From Phycisphaerae bacterium (GTDB lineage Bacteria; Planctomycetota; Phycisphaerae; JAJVII01): 64,000 bases of DNA. The DNA lies in NCBI GenBank assembly GCA_022072085.1, contig JAJVII010000018.1, positions 114,496-178,495 of the forward strand. The letters run 5' to 3'. Positions 47,318-57,439 of this stretch are shown here, one piece after another. The position numbers and the translations under genes were made by a program. Below the pieces are notes generated by a model. The model was not told the origin of the DNA. It did not search any database and saw nothing but the letters and a program-made list of their open reading frames with translations. Every line of letters starts with the position of its first letter. Within the stretch, counting starts at the first letter, position 1.

Positions 47318-47563
47318 ATGAAGGAAGGCATCCATCCCAAGTACGTCGAGTGCATGGTCCACTGCGCCTGCGGCAGCAACTTCAAGACCCGCGCCACGGT
47401 CGAGAAGATGACCGTTGATATCTGCTCGGCCTGCCACCCGTTCTACACGGGCAAGCAGAAGCTGATCGACACGGCCGGCCGCGTCGAGAAGTTCCAGCGG
47501 AAATACGGCTGGGGCAAGAAGCAGCAGGAGGCCGCCCCGGCTGCCCCTGCCGACAAGGCTTAG
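47318..47563 (+). CDS. rpmE: 50S ribosomal protein L31 (zinc-binding type)
   Basis: [32 protein letters not shown]. Confidence 0.98.
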   Translation: MKEGIHPKYVECMVHCACGSNFKTRATVEKMTVDICSACHPFYTGKQKLIDTAGRVEKFQRKYGWGKKQQEAAPAAPADKA

Positions 47564-47702
47564 CGACGATTCACCGCCACGCCGCGCCCCGCTTTGCGGG
47601 CCAACCCGGCGTGGCGTTCTTGTACCAGGGCCGCACGCAGAGAGTCCCGTCGCGTTGAGGAAAGCCCGGGCCGGGCCTGGCCCGGCCTTCGGGTGACCGC
47701 AC

Positions 47703-48806
47703 ATGGTCCAGATATCGCAAGACCAGCTCGAAATCGTGCTCCACAAGCTCGGCGCCCTGGCGGCCCGGCACGCGGAGATTCAGCAGCAGCTCAACGACCC
47801 GGCGGTCGCGTCCGACCCCAACCGCCTCGTTCCGCTGAGCAAGGAACTCGCCCGCCTCGGCGAGGTCGTCGCCCCGTTCAACGAATACCGCCAGTTGGCC
47901 GCCGAACTCGCCGAGGCCCGCACGCTGGCCGACGACCCCGCGACCGACGCCGAGATGCGCGAACTGGCCCGCTCCGAGATCGACGGCCTCCAGACCCGCA
48001 CCGGCGGGATCATGGACCGCATCGTCGACGCCCTGCTGAGCAGCGAGGGCCCGTCGGCTGACTCGGTCATCCTGGAAATCCGTGCCGGCACCGGCGGCGA
48101 CGAGGCCGCCCTGTTCGCCGGCGACCTGCTGAACATGTACGAGCGATACTGCGAACGGCACGGCCTGCGCACCGAGGTGCTCAGCGCGTCGCCGGGCAAC
48201 ATGGGCGGATTCAAGGAAGCCGTGCTGGGCGTGAAGGGGCGCGACGCGTACCGCCGGCTCCAGTTCGAGGCCGGCGGCCACCGCGTCCAGCGCGTTCCCG
48301 AGACCGAGAGCCAGGGCCGCATCCACACGTCAGCGGCCACCGTCGCCGTCCTGCCCGAGCCGCAGGACGTGGACATCGACATCAAGCCCGAGGACGTGCG
48401 CGAGGACGTCAGCCGGGCCGGCGGGCCGGGCGGCCAGAACGTCAACAAGGTCGCCTCGGCGATCCGCCTGACGCACCTGGAGACGGGCATCACGGTGAAC
48501 ATGCGCGACGAGAAGAGCCAGCACAAGAACCGCGCCAAGGCATGGCGCATCCTGCGATCGCGCGTCTACGAGCACTTCGCCAGCATCGAGCGGGCCCAGC
48601 GCGACGCCGCCCGCAAGAGCATGGTCGGCAGCGGCGACCGCAGCCAGCGGATCCGCACCTACAACTTCCCGCAAAATCGGCTGACCGACCACCGCATCGG
48701 CCTGGACCTCTATCGTCTCGACGGGATCATTTCCACCGGCGACCTGGACGAAATGGTCGACGCCCTGCTGGTCCGCGAACGCGAGACGCAACTGGCGAAC
48801 CTGTGA
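47703..48806 (+). CDS. prfA: Peptide chain release factor 1
   Basis: EIRAGTGGDEA, HRVQRVPETESQGRIHTS (PxT), GGQNVNK, IRTYNFPQ. Confidence 0.97.
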   Translation: MVQISQDQLEIVLHKLGALAARHAEIQQQLNDPAVASDPNRLVPLSKELARLGEVVAPFNEYRQLAAELAEARTLADDPATDAEMRELARSEIDGLQTRTGGIMDRIVDALLSSEGPSADSVILEIRAGTGGDEAALFAGDLLNMYERYCERHGLRTEVLSASPGNMGGFKEAVLGVKGRDAYRRLQFEAGGHRVQRVPETESQGRIHTSAATVAVLPEPQDVDIDIKPEDVREDVSRAGGPGGQNVNKVASAIRLTHLETGITVNMRDEKSQHKNRAKAWRILRSRVYEHFASIERAQRDAARKSMVGSGDRSQRIRTYNFPQNRLTDHRIGLDLYRLDGIISTGDLDEMVDALLVRERETQLANL

Positions 48807-49570
48807 ACGAGAACGAGTTCCCCATCCTGGAGTTCGACCCGTCGCCCGAGGCGCTCATCGAGCCCTCGCGGCTGCTGGCCCGCGCCGACGTTCCGGAGCA
48901 CTGCGTGCTCTGCTTCTTCCGGGAGGTGATCGGGAAGTTCGCCGCCGAGCCTGGCGCCCGCGTCGTGGCCGAGGTCCGCAGCGAGGCCGGCGTCGAACCG
49001 GTGTACGAGATCGACTACGGCGACCGCCGACTCGGCTTTGCCCATCCCGGCATCGGGGCGCCTTTCGCCGGAGGGATGCTGGAGGAACTGATCGCCCGCG
49101 GGTTCGGCAAGTTCATCGCCTGCGGCGGTTGCGGCGTGCTCAGGCGGGACGTGGTCGTCGGCCACGTCGTGCTGCCGACCTCCGCGGTCCGCGACGAAGG
49201 CACTTCCTACCACTACCTGCCGCCGTCGCGCGAGGTGCAGCCGGACCCGGCCGCCCTGTCGGCGCTGCGGGCGACGCTGGAGGCCCGCGGCGTGCCGCAC
49301 CTCGAGGGCAAGACCTGGACGACCGACGGCTTCTACCGCGAGACGCCGGCCAAGGTCGCCCGCCGACGCGAAGAGGGATGCCTGACTGTTGAGATGGAGG
49401 CGTCCGCCTTCTTCGCCGTCGCCCGGTTCCGCGGCGTCCAGTTCGCCCAGCTCCTCTACGCCGGCGACGACCTGAGCGGGCCGCAGTGGAACAGCCGCCG
49501 CTGGCACAGCCGCGCCGAAATCCGCGAGCAGTTGTTCCGCCTGTCAGCCGAGGCCTGCCTGTCGCTGTAG
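48803..49570 (+). CDS. Nucleoside phosphorylase (PNP/UDP family)
   Basis: GTG overlapping the prfA stop; GIGAP, AVRDEGTSYHY, TWTTDGFYRET, VEME. Confidence 0.92.
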   Translation: MNENEFPILEFDPSPEALIEPSRLLARADVPEHCVLCFFREVIGKFAAEPGARVVAEVRSEAGVEPVYEIDYGDRRLGFAHPGIGAPFAGGMLEELIARGFGKFIACGGCGVLRRDVVVGHVVLPTSAVRDEGTSYHYLPPSREVQPDPAALSALRATLEARGVPHLEGKTWTTDGFYRETPAKVARRREEGCLTVEMEASAFFAVARFRGVQFAQLLYAGDDLSGPQWNSRRWHSRAEIREQLFRLSAEACLSL

Positions 49571-49591
49571 GCCGGCCGCGCCCGACGCGCC

Positions 49592-50551
49592 TTACGGCGC
49601 AGCCGCGCCGCGGGCCTCCAGGAACCGCACCATGCACGCGACCGCGGAGTTGGCCGGCGTGTCGATTCCCACGCCGCGGCCCAGCCGCTCGATCGCCCCG
49701 TTGAGCGCCTCGATCTCCGTCCGCTTGGCGGCCCGCAGGTCCTGGAGCATGCTCGGCGTGTGGCCGGCCGTCGGCGGCAGCAGCCGCTCGTAGAACACGC
49801 GCAGAAACTCCTCCGGCGTCGGCCAGAATCGCGGCAGATCGTGGGCCGCCATCACGGCGTAGGCCTCACGGACGATCCGCTCCATCAACTCGCGCGTCTC
49901 GGCCCGCTCGCCGAGGCGGCCGTAGGCCACGCCCAGGATCGCCCCCAGCGGATTGAGCGCACAGTTGTAGAGAATCTTGCCCCACAGTTCGCCCTGCACG
50001 CGTGGGCTGGGCCGGGCGGGCAGGCCGGCCGCGGACAGCGCCTCAGCCAGCGCGTCGGCATGGGGCGAGTCCGCCCCGTCGAACCTTCCGATGCTCACCG
50101 CATCGGCATGGACCGTGATCCGCACGACGCCGGGCCGGTCGATCACGAACCCCGTGATCACCCGCCCGCAGAGCACGTGATCGGGCCCCAGCGCCGCAGC
50201 CAGCCGCTCGACATTGCCGTAACCGTTCTGCATCGAGACGACCGTGGACCCGCCGCCGGCGATCAGTCGCAGGGCGTCGGCGGCTGCCGGCGTGTCGTAG
50301 CTCTTGACGGTGACCAGGATGAAATCGAAGGGCCCGGCTGCCCGCAAGAGTTCTTTCGCATCCGTGAACAGGGTCACCCGATCCGGCGGTATGTGATGTT
50401 CGCCGAAGATGCCGGCGACGCGCAGGCCGTCGCGGTCGATCGCCTCGGCGTGGGTCGCCCGCAGCAGCAGGCTCACGTCGTGCCCGGCGTCCGCCAGCAG
50501 TCCGCCGACCGCCTGCCCCAACGCCCCGGCGCCGAATACCAGGATGCGCAT
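49592..50551 (-). CDS. panE: 2-dehydropantoate 2-reductase
   Basis: GAGALG, VKSYD, QNG, WGKILYNCALN, SMLQD, TEIEALNG. Confidence 0.9.
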   Translation of the reverse strand: MRILVFGAGALGQAVGGLLADAGHDVSLLLRATHAEAIDRDGLRVAGIFGEHHIPPDRVTLFTDAKELLRAAGPFDFILVTVKSYDTPAAADALRLIAGGGSTVVSMQNGYGNVERLAAALGPDHVLCGRVITGFVIDRPGVVRITVHADAVSIGRFDGADSPHADALAEALSAAGLPARPSPRVQGELWGKILYNCALNPLGAILGVAYGRLGERAETRELMERIVREAYAVMAAHDLPRFWPTPEEFLRVFYERLLPPTAGHTPSMLQDLRAAKRTEIEALNGAIERLGRGVGIDTPANSAVACMVRFLEARGAAAP

Positions 50552-50658
50552 CGTGCTCTCCTTCGCCCGACAGCATATCGGATTTCGCCGCCCGCGACGA
50601 CCCGCGCCCGCTTGCCGCCCCCCGACGTCGACCGATACACTACCTGTCGGAGGTGACC

Positions 50659-52671
50659 ATGTCCGATCGGCCCGCCCAACCGCCGTTGATGATCATCCGC
50701 CTGCACCGGGATCACCACAGTCGGCCGGAAATGACCGACCAACTGATTGCCGAGTTGGCCCGCCACCCCGGCTGTTGTGACGAGGTGTGGATGGACACCG
50801 GGCCGGGGTTCCTTTCGCTGGACGAGGACCGCCGTCTGGCGGAAATGATGGCGGTGGCTGCGGGCAAGTTCCGCGCCGCCGGCATCGTGGCATCGCTCCA
50901 GATCGGCGTGACGCTCGGCCATGCGGACATGGCCATCCACCCCGCTGACGGCATCACCTGGCAGCGGATCGTCGGCCCGGACGGGTCGGCCTGCACCCAG
51001 TGCGGCTGCCCGCGCGACCCGGCCCTGCACGACTATTACCGCGGGCAAATCGGGGCCTACGCGGCCTGGGGGCCGGCGTGGATCTGGCTCGACGACGACA
51101 TGCGGATGCACCACCACTATCCCGTGACCTGGGGCTGCTTCTGCGACCGCTGCGTGGTGGCGTTCGCCGCGTTCAACGGCAGGGACCGGGACCGCCCGGC
51201 CCTGGTAAGGGCCATCAACGCCCCCGACGACGGCAGCGTGCGGCTGGCCTGGACGCACTTCAACGGCCAGGCGCTGGCGGACATCGCCGCGACCATCGCC
51301 GCGGCCGCCCACGCCGTCGCCCCCGACTGCCGGCTCGGCCTCCAGCAGTGCAGTCACGACCGCAATCTCTATGACGGGCCCGACTACAGGCCGGTGTTTG
51401 AGGCGATGGCCCGGGCGACCGGCCATGGCGTCGGCGCGCGTCTGGGCTGCGGTTGCTACGACGATCACGCCCCGCGCGAGATGATCCGCAAGGCCTACGC
51501 CATCGCCCAGCAGACGGCCCGGCTGCCCGCGTCGGTCGAAGCGGTCTGCCCCGAGGTCGAGAACTTCACGCACATCGCCATGGGCAAGAGCGCCCACGGC
51601 ACGGCCGTCGAGACCACGCTCGAACTGGCCATGGGGTGCAACTGCCTCTCGTTCGCCGTCATCTGCTGCGCGCACGAGTCGCTGGAATGGTACGGCCGGG
51701 TCATGCTCAACCGGCTCGCGGCGTGGCGGCCGTTCTGGCAGCGTTACGTCGAGCTGCACGAGGGCACAAACCCGGGCGGCCTCGAAATCATCCTCGGCCC
51801 AGACCAGGCCGGGCGGCGGATGCAACCCGGCGAGCCGCCCTTCGCCTGGGCCACGGTGAACCTGGAGCAGGTCTATCAGCTCGCCACCGTCGGTCTCCCG
51901 CTCTGTTTCCACGCGTCGGCGGCGTCGGGACGGCTGCTGCACGCGAGCGTCGTCGGCGGGTTGAGCGACGCGGAGCTTCGCGAAGTGCTCTCAGGCGGCG
52001 TGCTCATGGACGGCGCGGCCGCGCTGGCGGTGCAGCGCCGCGGGCTGGGCGGATTGCTCGGCGTCCAGGTCGAGCCCTTCTGGCCGCTGGACAGTTGGGA
52101 GCGCCTGACGACCGATCCGACAAACGGCGCGGACGCCGGCTACGAGTGGCACATCTACTTCGCGCGGGCGGACTCGCCGATCCACCGCCTTCGGCCGGCG
52201 GCAGAGACGCGGGTGCTGGGCGAATTCATCAACCGCCACGGCCAGGTGACCGGGGCCGCGACCGTGCTGGCCGAGAACGACGCCGGGGGGCGCGTGGCGA
52301 TCCTCGGCATGGACGGCTGGCGGAACCTGCTGAGCAGCGCCAAGCGGCGGCAGCTCCTGGCGGCGGCCGACTGGATCAGCCGCGACCGCCTGCCGGCTCT
52401 GATCGAGACGACCGCGCAGGTGGTGGCTGTGCCGCGCGTCGCGCCGGGCGGCCGGCTCCGCAGCGTGCTGCTCCTGAACGCGAGCATCGACGTGAGCGAA
52501 CCGCCGTGCGTCCGTCTGCGCGGGGCATCAGCCGGTAATGCGGTCCGCTGGATCGCTCCGCAGGCCGGCGACCGACCGCTGACACCAACGCGCAACGGCG
52601 ACGAGCTGATCGTCGAGGTCCCGCCGATCGGCCCGTGGCAGACAGGCTGCATCCTGCTCGGCGACGGCTGA
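50659..52671 (+). CDS. Hypothetical glycoside hydrolase-like protein (TIM barrel with Cys cluster)
   Basis: CPRDP, WIWLDDDMR, CFCDRC, CPEVEN; GH42-like layout by eye; no signal peptide. Confidence 0.55.
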   Translation: MSDRPAQPPLMIIRLHRDHHSRPEMTDQLIAELARHPGCCDEVWMDTGPGFLSLDEDRRLAEMMAVAAGKFRAAGIVASLQIGVTLGHADMAIHPADGITWQRIVGPDGSACTQCGCPRDPALHDYYRGQIGAYAAWGPAWIWLDDDMRMHHHYPVTWGCFCDRCVVAFAAFNGRDRDRPALVRAINAPDDGSVRLAWTHFNGQALADIAATIAAAAHAVAPDCRLGLQQCSHDRNLYDGPDYRPVFEAMARATGHGVGARLGCGCYDDHAPREMIRKAYAIAQQTARLPASVEAVCPEVENFTHIAMGKSAHGTAVETTLELAMGCNCLSFAVICCAHESLEWYGRVMLNRLAAWRPFWQRYVELHEGTNPGGLEIILGPDQAGRRMQPGEPPFAWATVNLEQVYQLATVGLPLCFHASAASGRLLHASVVGGLSDAELREVLSGGVLMDGAAALAVQRRGLGGLLGVQVEPFWPLDSWERLTTDPTNGADAGYEWHIYFARADSPIHRLRPAAETRVLGEFINRHGQVTGAATVLAENDAGGRVAILGMDGWRNLLSSAKRRQLLAAADWISRDRLPALIETTAQVVAVPRVAPGGRLRSVLLLNASIDVSEPPCVRLRGASAGNAVRWIAPQAGDRPLTPTRNGDELIVEVPPIGPWQTGCILLGDG

Positions 52672-52738
52672 GCGAGGGGGTTGCAACAATGCGTGCATTG
52701 GTTTAGAACCGGCGACACTCGGGCATAGGAGCCATGCC

Positions 52739-53986
52739 ATGCCGCAGACCACATCGAAACTCGCCATCGACGGCGGCGAACCGGTGATCCCCGTGGACCG
52801 GCGCCCGGGCAAGCCTGTCCGCTGGGACGACGCCGAGCGCGAGCAACTCGCCCGCGCGATCGACCAGGAGTCGCTGTTCTACTGGAACGGTCCGCAGACG
52901 CGGCTGCTCATCGAGCGGTTCAAGCAGCACTACCCGTTCAAGTACGTGTACCCCTGCTCCTCGGGCACGGCCGCCATCCACATCGCGGTCGCGGCGGCAG
53001 GCATCGGCCTGGGCGACGAGGTCATCACCACCGCCCTGTCGGACATGGGGACCTACGTCGGCGTGCTCTACCAGCAGGCGGTGCCGATCTTCGCCGACCT
53101 GGAGCCCGGCCGGCTGACGCTGGACCCGGCCGATGTGGCCCGGCACATCACCCCCCGGACCAAGGCGATCATCGCCGTGCACCTGGCCGGCAACCCGTGC
53201 GACATGGCCGGCCTGCGGGCGCTAGCCGACAAGCACGACCTGATCCTCATCGAGGACTGCGCCCAGGCGTGGGGCGCGAAGTCCGCCGGCCGCCCGGTCG
53301 GCACGATCGGCGAGCTGGGCTGCTATTCGCTGAACGACTTCAAGCACATCGGCTGCGGCGACGGCGGCATCGTCGCGACCAACGACGACCGGTTCGGCCC
53401 GCTGCTTCAGAAGTTCGGCGACAAGGCCTACGACCGCCTTGGCGCGACGCGCAACGTCGACGTGCTGGCGCCCAACTACCGCATCAGCGAACTCCAGTCG
53501 GCGGTCGCGGCGGTCCAGATGAACCGCCTGGTCCAGATCACCTCGCGGCGGCACGAGCTGGGCGAGCGGCTGACCGCGAAGATCCGCGAGCTGGGGATCC
53601 CCGGCGTCCCGCCGCACCGCGTGGATCCGCAGGACTATTGCAGCTACTGGTTCTACATGTTCTGCATCGACCCTAAGGCGTTCACCTGCGACCGCGACCG
53701 CTTCGCCGACGTGCTGGCGGCCGAGGGCACGGGCGCGTGGGGCGGCTACGCCAGTTCGCCGTATTACCAGCGGCCGATCTTCGCGGAGCAGAACATCTTC
53801 GCGGGCGGCTGGCCGGTGAAGATGCTCGGCCTGACCGACGTGGACTACACCAGGGTGCGGCTGCCGGTGACCGAAGCCATCGCGGCCAACAGCATCTATA
53901 TCGGCATCCGCCAGAACATGACCGACGCCTTCATCGACGGCGTGGCAGAGGCAATCGCGAAGGTCGCCGACCACCTGGCAAAATAG
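52739..53986 (+). CDS. DegT/DnrJ/EryC1/StrS aminotransferase
   Basis: SSGTAAIH, GDEVI, IEDCAQA, SLNDFKHIGCGDGG, NYRISELQSA. Confidence 0.94.
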   Translation: MPQTTSKLAIDGGEPVIPVDRRPGKPVRWDDAEREQLARAIDQESLFYWNGPQTRLLIERFKQHYPFKYVYPCSSGTAAIHIAVAAAGIGLGDEVITTALSDMGTYVGVLYQQAVPIFADLEPGRLTLDPADVARHITPRTKAIIAVHLAGNPCDMAGLRALADKHDLILIEDCAQAWGAKSAGRPVGTIGELGCYSLNDFKHIGCGDGGIVATNDDRFGPLLQKFGDKAYDRLGATRNVDVLAPNYRISELQSAVAAVQMNRLVQITSRRHELGERLTAKIRELGIPGVPPHRVDPQDYCSYWFYMFCIDPKAFTCDRDRFADVLAAEGTGAWGGYASSPYYQRPIFAEQNIFAGGWPVKMLGLTDVDYTRVRLPVTEAIAANSIYIGIRQNMTDAFIDGVAEAIAKVADHLAK

Positions 53987-54028
53987 ATCTCTCTGGCCGA
54001 CCCCTCGGCCCCGGAACATCGTGCCGGA

Positions 54029-54793
54029 ATGGGCATCGTTACCTTCTCACTCCAGTCGGGCAGCAACGGCAACTCGATCTACGTCCAGACGCCCGACGCC
54101 CGGCTGCTCTTTGACGCCGGCATCAGCGGACGCCAGGCCGAGCGCCGCATGGCCCGCCACAGCCGCGACCTCCGCGACTGCGACGCGCTGATCCTCAGCC
54201 ACGGCCACGTCGACCACGTGCGATGCGCCGGCGTGTTTCATCGCAAGTTCAACCTGCCCGTGCTGACCACCCGCGCCGCCTGGGACGCGGCCGCCCGCTT
54301 CCAGGGCGCGGTCGACGGGCCGGAGTTCTTCGCACCGGGCCAGACGCTGCGGTTTGGCGGCACGACCGTCGAGACGATCCCCACGCCGCACGACGCCCTC
54401 GACTCGGTCGCGTTCGTCGTCGCCTGCAACGGCAGCCGCCTGGGCATTCTGACCGACCTGGGCCACGTCTTCGACGGGCTGGCCGACCTGCTGGACGGGC
54501 TGGACGCGGCCTACCTGGAGACCAACTACGACCCGGACATGCTCTGGAACGGGACCTACCCCTGGCCGCTCAAGCAGCGGATCAGCGGCGGTGCGGGCCA
54601 CCTGTCCAACGACGAGTCGGGGAGTCTGGCCGGAGGGAGCGGGCGACGGCTGCGCTGGGTGGCGGCGGCGCACCTGAGCGAGGAGAACAACTCGCCGGCC
54701 AAGGCCCTGGCGGCGATGAAGGCCGGGCTCGGCCGATCGCTGCCGGTCATGCTGGCCGGGCGATACGACGTCAGCGACGCCTGGGACGTCTGA
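54029..54793 (+). CDS. MBL-fold metallohydrolase (YycJ/WalJ-like)
   Basis: SGSNGN, SHGHVDH, PHDA, TDLG, ETNYD, GHLSN, HLSEENN. Confidence 0.92.
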   Translation: MGIVTFSLQSGSNGNSIYVQTPDARLLFDAGISGRQAERRMARHSRDLRDCDALILSHGHVDHVRCAGVFHRKFNLPVLTTRAAWDAAARFQGAVDGPEFFAPGQTLRFGGTTVETIPTPHDALDSVAFVVACNGSRLGILTDLGHVFDGLADLLDGLDAAYLETNYDPDMLWNGTYPWPLKQRISGGAGHLSNDESGSLAGGSGRRLRWVAAAHLSEENNSPAKALAAMKAGLGRSLPVMLAGRYDVSDAWDV

Positions 54794-54831
54794 CCCCGAA
54801 AACCGCACCCCTTCGAGCGGAGGATCGGAAC

Positions 54832-57429
54832 ATGCGAACGATCGAATGGATAGGCCTGCTGTCGGCGGCGGCGATGCTCTGGTCGGCGGGGGCCCTGTGG
54901 GCCGGCGACGTGGCGATGTCGCCGCGCGTCGTCGCCGACGGCCAGGTGGACTGCTACAGCGTGCAGTCGATCCTGGACTCCATCCTGCGCCCGGGCATGA
55001 CGCAACGCGAGAAGGCCGAGGCGATCTACGCCTTCGTGCGCGACTGCCGCTATCACTGGCCGGCGGCCAGCGACGGCGTCGAGCAGCCGGTCAGCTTCGA
55101 ATACAATGTCATCTACGACCCGGTGAAGCTGGCGAACGTCTACGGCTACGGCTACTGCTTCCAGTCGCGCGGCATGCAGGAGGCGCTGTGGCAGGCGGCC
55201 GGCCTGGCGACGCGCGGCGCGGGCATCGGCGGCCACGCCATCTGCGAGTGCTACTACGACGGCGCGTGGCATTACTACGACTCCGAAATGATGGCCCACT
55301 GCCTGCTGCCCGACGGCCGGACCGTCGCCAGCCTCGACGAGATTTCCCGCGACCCGATCCGGCTGGTCCTTCAGCAGAAGCACCCCAGCACGCCCTACTT
55401 CCCGTCGGCGGCCAACCCGCTGATGCCGTGGGAGTCGAAGGTCATTGTCGCGGGCTACTTCGCCAGCCGCGACAACAACTACTACAGCTACGCCCACCGC
55501 ATCCTCGGCCATCGCATGAACCTGACGCTCGCGCCGGGCATGCGGCTGGTCCGCTGGTTCTCGCCCAAGGGGGCTTGGAACTATCGGGCCGGCTCGATGG
55601 ACATCGAGGCAAAGATGGGCTTCGTCGACCCGGCCGTCGGGCCCAAGTGCAGCTTCGACGACCGCCGCTACGGCGACGGTTGCCTGCTCTATCAGCCCGA
55701 CCTGACCGACGCCGGCGACGAATACCCCGCCGGCGTGCTGCGCGACCGCAACATGACCCGCGACCGCGAAGGCCTTCGCCCGGCCGATCCGGCCAAGCCG
55801 GCCTACGCGATCTTCCGCATCGCCCTGCCCTACGTCATCGTCGGTTGGCCGACACAGTGGACCGGCGACTCGGCCAAGCCCGTCGGGGCGGCCGTCGTGT
55901 CGGCCGAGTTCGACCGCGGCGACAAGGACGCCCAGAGCCTCAGCGTGTCGGCCGACGGCGGGGCGACCTGGACGCCGGTGCTGGCCAACGACGCGGTCGG
56001 CCGATCGCAGGCCGTCGCCGACTTCAGCGCGGCCGCCGTCGCCCGCTACGGGTATCTGCTGCGCGTGGACCTGCGGGCCGGCGGCAAGGACGCGGCCGCC
56101 TGCCGGCTGCGGAAGCTGTCGGTCCGCACGACGTTCCAGTGCTCGCCCTGGGCCCTGCCGGCGGTGCGGGCGGGGGAGACGAAGATGACCTTCAAACTCG
56201 GCGACCCCGTGCGAACCGAGGACTGGACCCCTGACCTGCTGACGCCCGAGGGGTTCCTGCGCGACCTCTACGCGGTCAAGGCGATCCGCTTTGCCAAGGG
56301 TCGCCTCCAGAGCACCGGCGACGAGACCGGCGAACTCGTCTTCGAGCTGGCCCCGCCGATGGACGTGCCCGGCCGCGTCCGCGGATTCCGCTACACCGTC
56401 GGCTGCCGGCGCGAGCCCGGCGTGATGGACTGGCGCGACGACGTGAAGGTCTATTGGGCGCCGGACGAGCCGGCCAACTGGCGGCTGCTGGCCGACGACG
56501 ACCCGCCGCCGTTCATGGAGCACTGGTCCTACGTGCTCAACGGCGAGACCGTCTGCCCGGCCGGCGCGGACGCCCCGCGGCGGGTCTTCGTCAAGGTCGC
56601 CCTCCGCTCGCACCTCAGCGCGTCGGTGCAGTACGTCCATTTCTACACCGACTGGTCGCCCGACGGCGACGACGCCTCCCTGCCGGCCCGCGGCGTGCGC
56701 GTCGTCCACGCCTGGAGCGAGGGCGGGCAGGCCCGGCGGTTCGAGAAGATACTCACCAGCGCCCCTGCCGACTACGTCGTCGCCGCCGGCGGCAAGCCCG
56801 TCAACGACTACGTTCTGATCGAGCCGGTCCGCGACGCAAAGCTCGCCTGGCGCGAGGACGATCCCAAGGTCGTCCCGCCGACAATCGCGCCGCCCAACCT
56901 GCTCGACGCCAGGCTGCATGAGCACCTCAAGATGATGCTGGCGGCGATCGAGGCCGACCCGGCAAAAGGCCTTCCGGCGGCAGCGAAGAGCGACTTCACC
57001 TGGCTGGCCGGCGGCGCCCGGCAGGCCGAGCAGATGTTCCGCGACGCAACTCGCTATCCGCTGCCGCCGGACAAGCCCGACTCCCGGCACATGCGCGATG
57101 CCGCGGCCCTGGCGAGGATCGTAGACCTGCTCAAGGCGGGCGACGCCGCTGGCGGCGAACTGGCGGCCAGACTGATGGCTGGGCCCGATACGTTCGCCAA
57201 GCTCCACCTGCTGTCGCTCTGCCGGGCGGCCGGTTTCAAGGCGCCGCCCGACGCCCTGGTCGCCGGGCTGGCCGACGGCTCGCAGTGGGTGCGGCTGGCG
57301 ACGCTGGAGCTCGTGCGATCTGCGCCGACGAACGCCGCCCGGACGGCGCTGCGGAAGATGGCGGCTGACGACCCCTTGTCCTGGCTGCGGATCGAGGCGG
57401 CGTGCGCCCTGTCCGCGGCGGGCGACTGA
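54832..57429 (+). CDS. Secreted transglutaminase-like domain protein with C-terminal HEAT-like repeats
   Basis: Signal peptide after GAGGA; GYGYC..GHAICECYYDGAWHYYD Cys-His-Asp pattern. Confidence 0.7.
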   Translation: MRTIEWIGLLSAAAMLWSAGALWAGDVAMSPRVVADGQVDCYSVQSILDSILRPGMTQREKAEAIYAFVRDCRYHWPAASDGVEQPVSFEYNVIYDPVKLANVYGYGYCFQSRGMQEALWQAAGLATRGAGIGGHAICECYYDGAWHYYDSEMMAHCLLPDGRTVASLDEISRDPIRLVLQQKHPSTPYFPSAANPLMPWESKVIVAGYFASRDNNYYSYAHRILGHRMNLTLAPGMRLVRWFSPKGAWNYRAGSMDIEAKMGFVDPAVGPKCSFDDRRYGDGCLLYQPDLTDAGDEYPAGVLRDRNMTRDREGLRPADPAKPAYAIFRIALPYVIVGWPTQWTGDSAKPVGAAVVSAEFDRGDKDAQSLSVSADGGATWTPVLANDAVGRSQAVADFSAAAVARYGYLLRVDLRAGGKDAAACRLRKLSVRTTFQCSPWALPAVRAGETKMTFKLGDPVRTEDWTPDLLTPEGFLRDLYAVKAIRFAKGRLQSTGDETGELVFELAPPMDVPGRVRGFRYTVGCRREPGVMDWRDDVKVYWAPDEPANWRLLADDDPPPFMEHWSYVLNGETVCPAGADAPRRVFVKVALRSHLSASVQYVHFYTDWSPDGDDASLPARGVRVVHAWSEGGQARRFEKILTSAPADYVVAAGGKPVNDYVLIEPVRDAKLAWREDDPKVVPPTIAPPNLLDARLHEHLKMMLAAIEADPAKGLPAAAKSDFTWLAGGARQAEQMFRDATRYPLPPDKPDSRHMRDAAALARIVDLLKAGDAAGGELAARLMAGPDTFAKLHLLSLCRAAGFKAPPDALVAGLADGSQWVRLATLELVRSAPTNAARTALRKMAADDPLSWLRIEAACALSAAGD

Positions 57430-57439
57430 CGGACGACCC

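Noticed and set aside
47657-47670. GAGGAAAGCCCGGG resembling RNase P RNA
   Set aside because: The intergenic space is only ~140 nt and the 3' P4 partner is absent.
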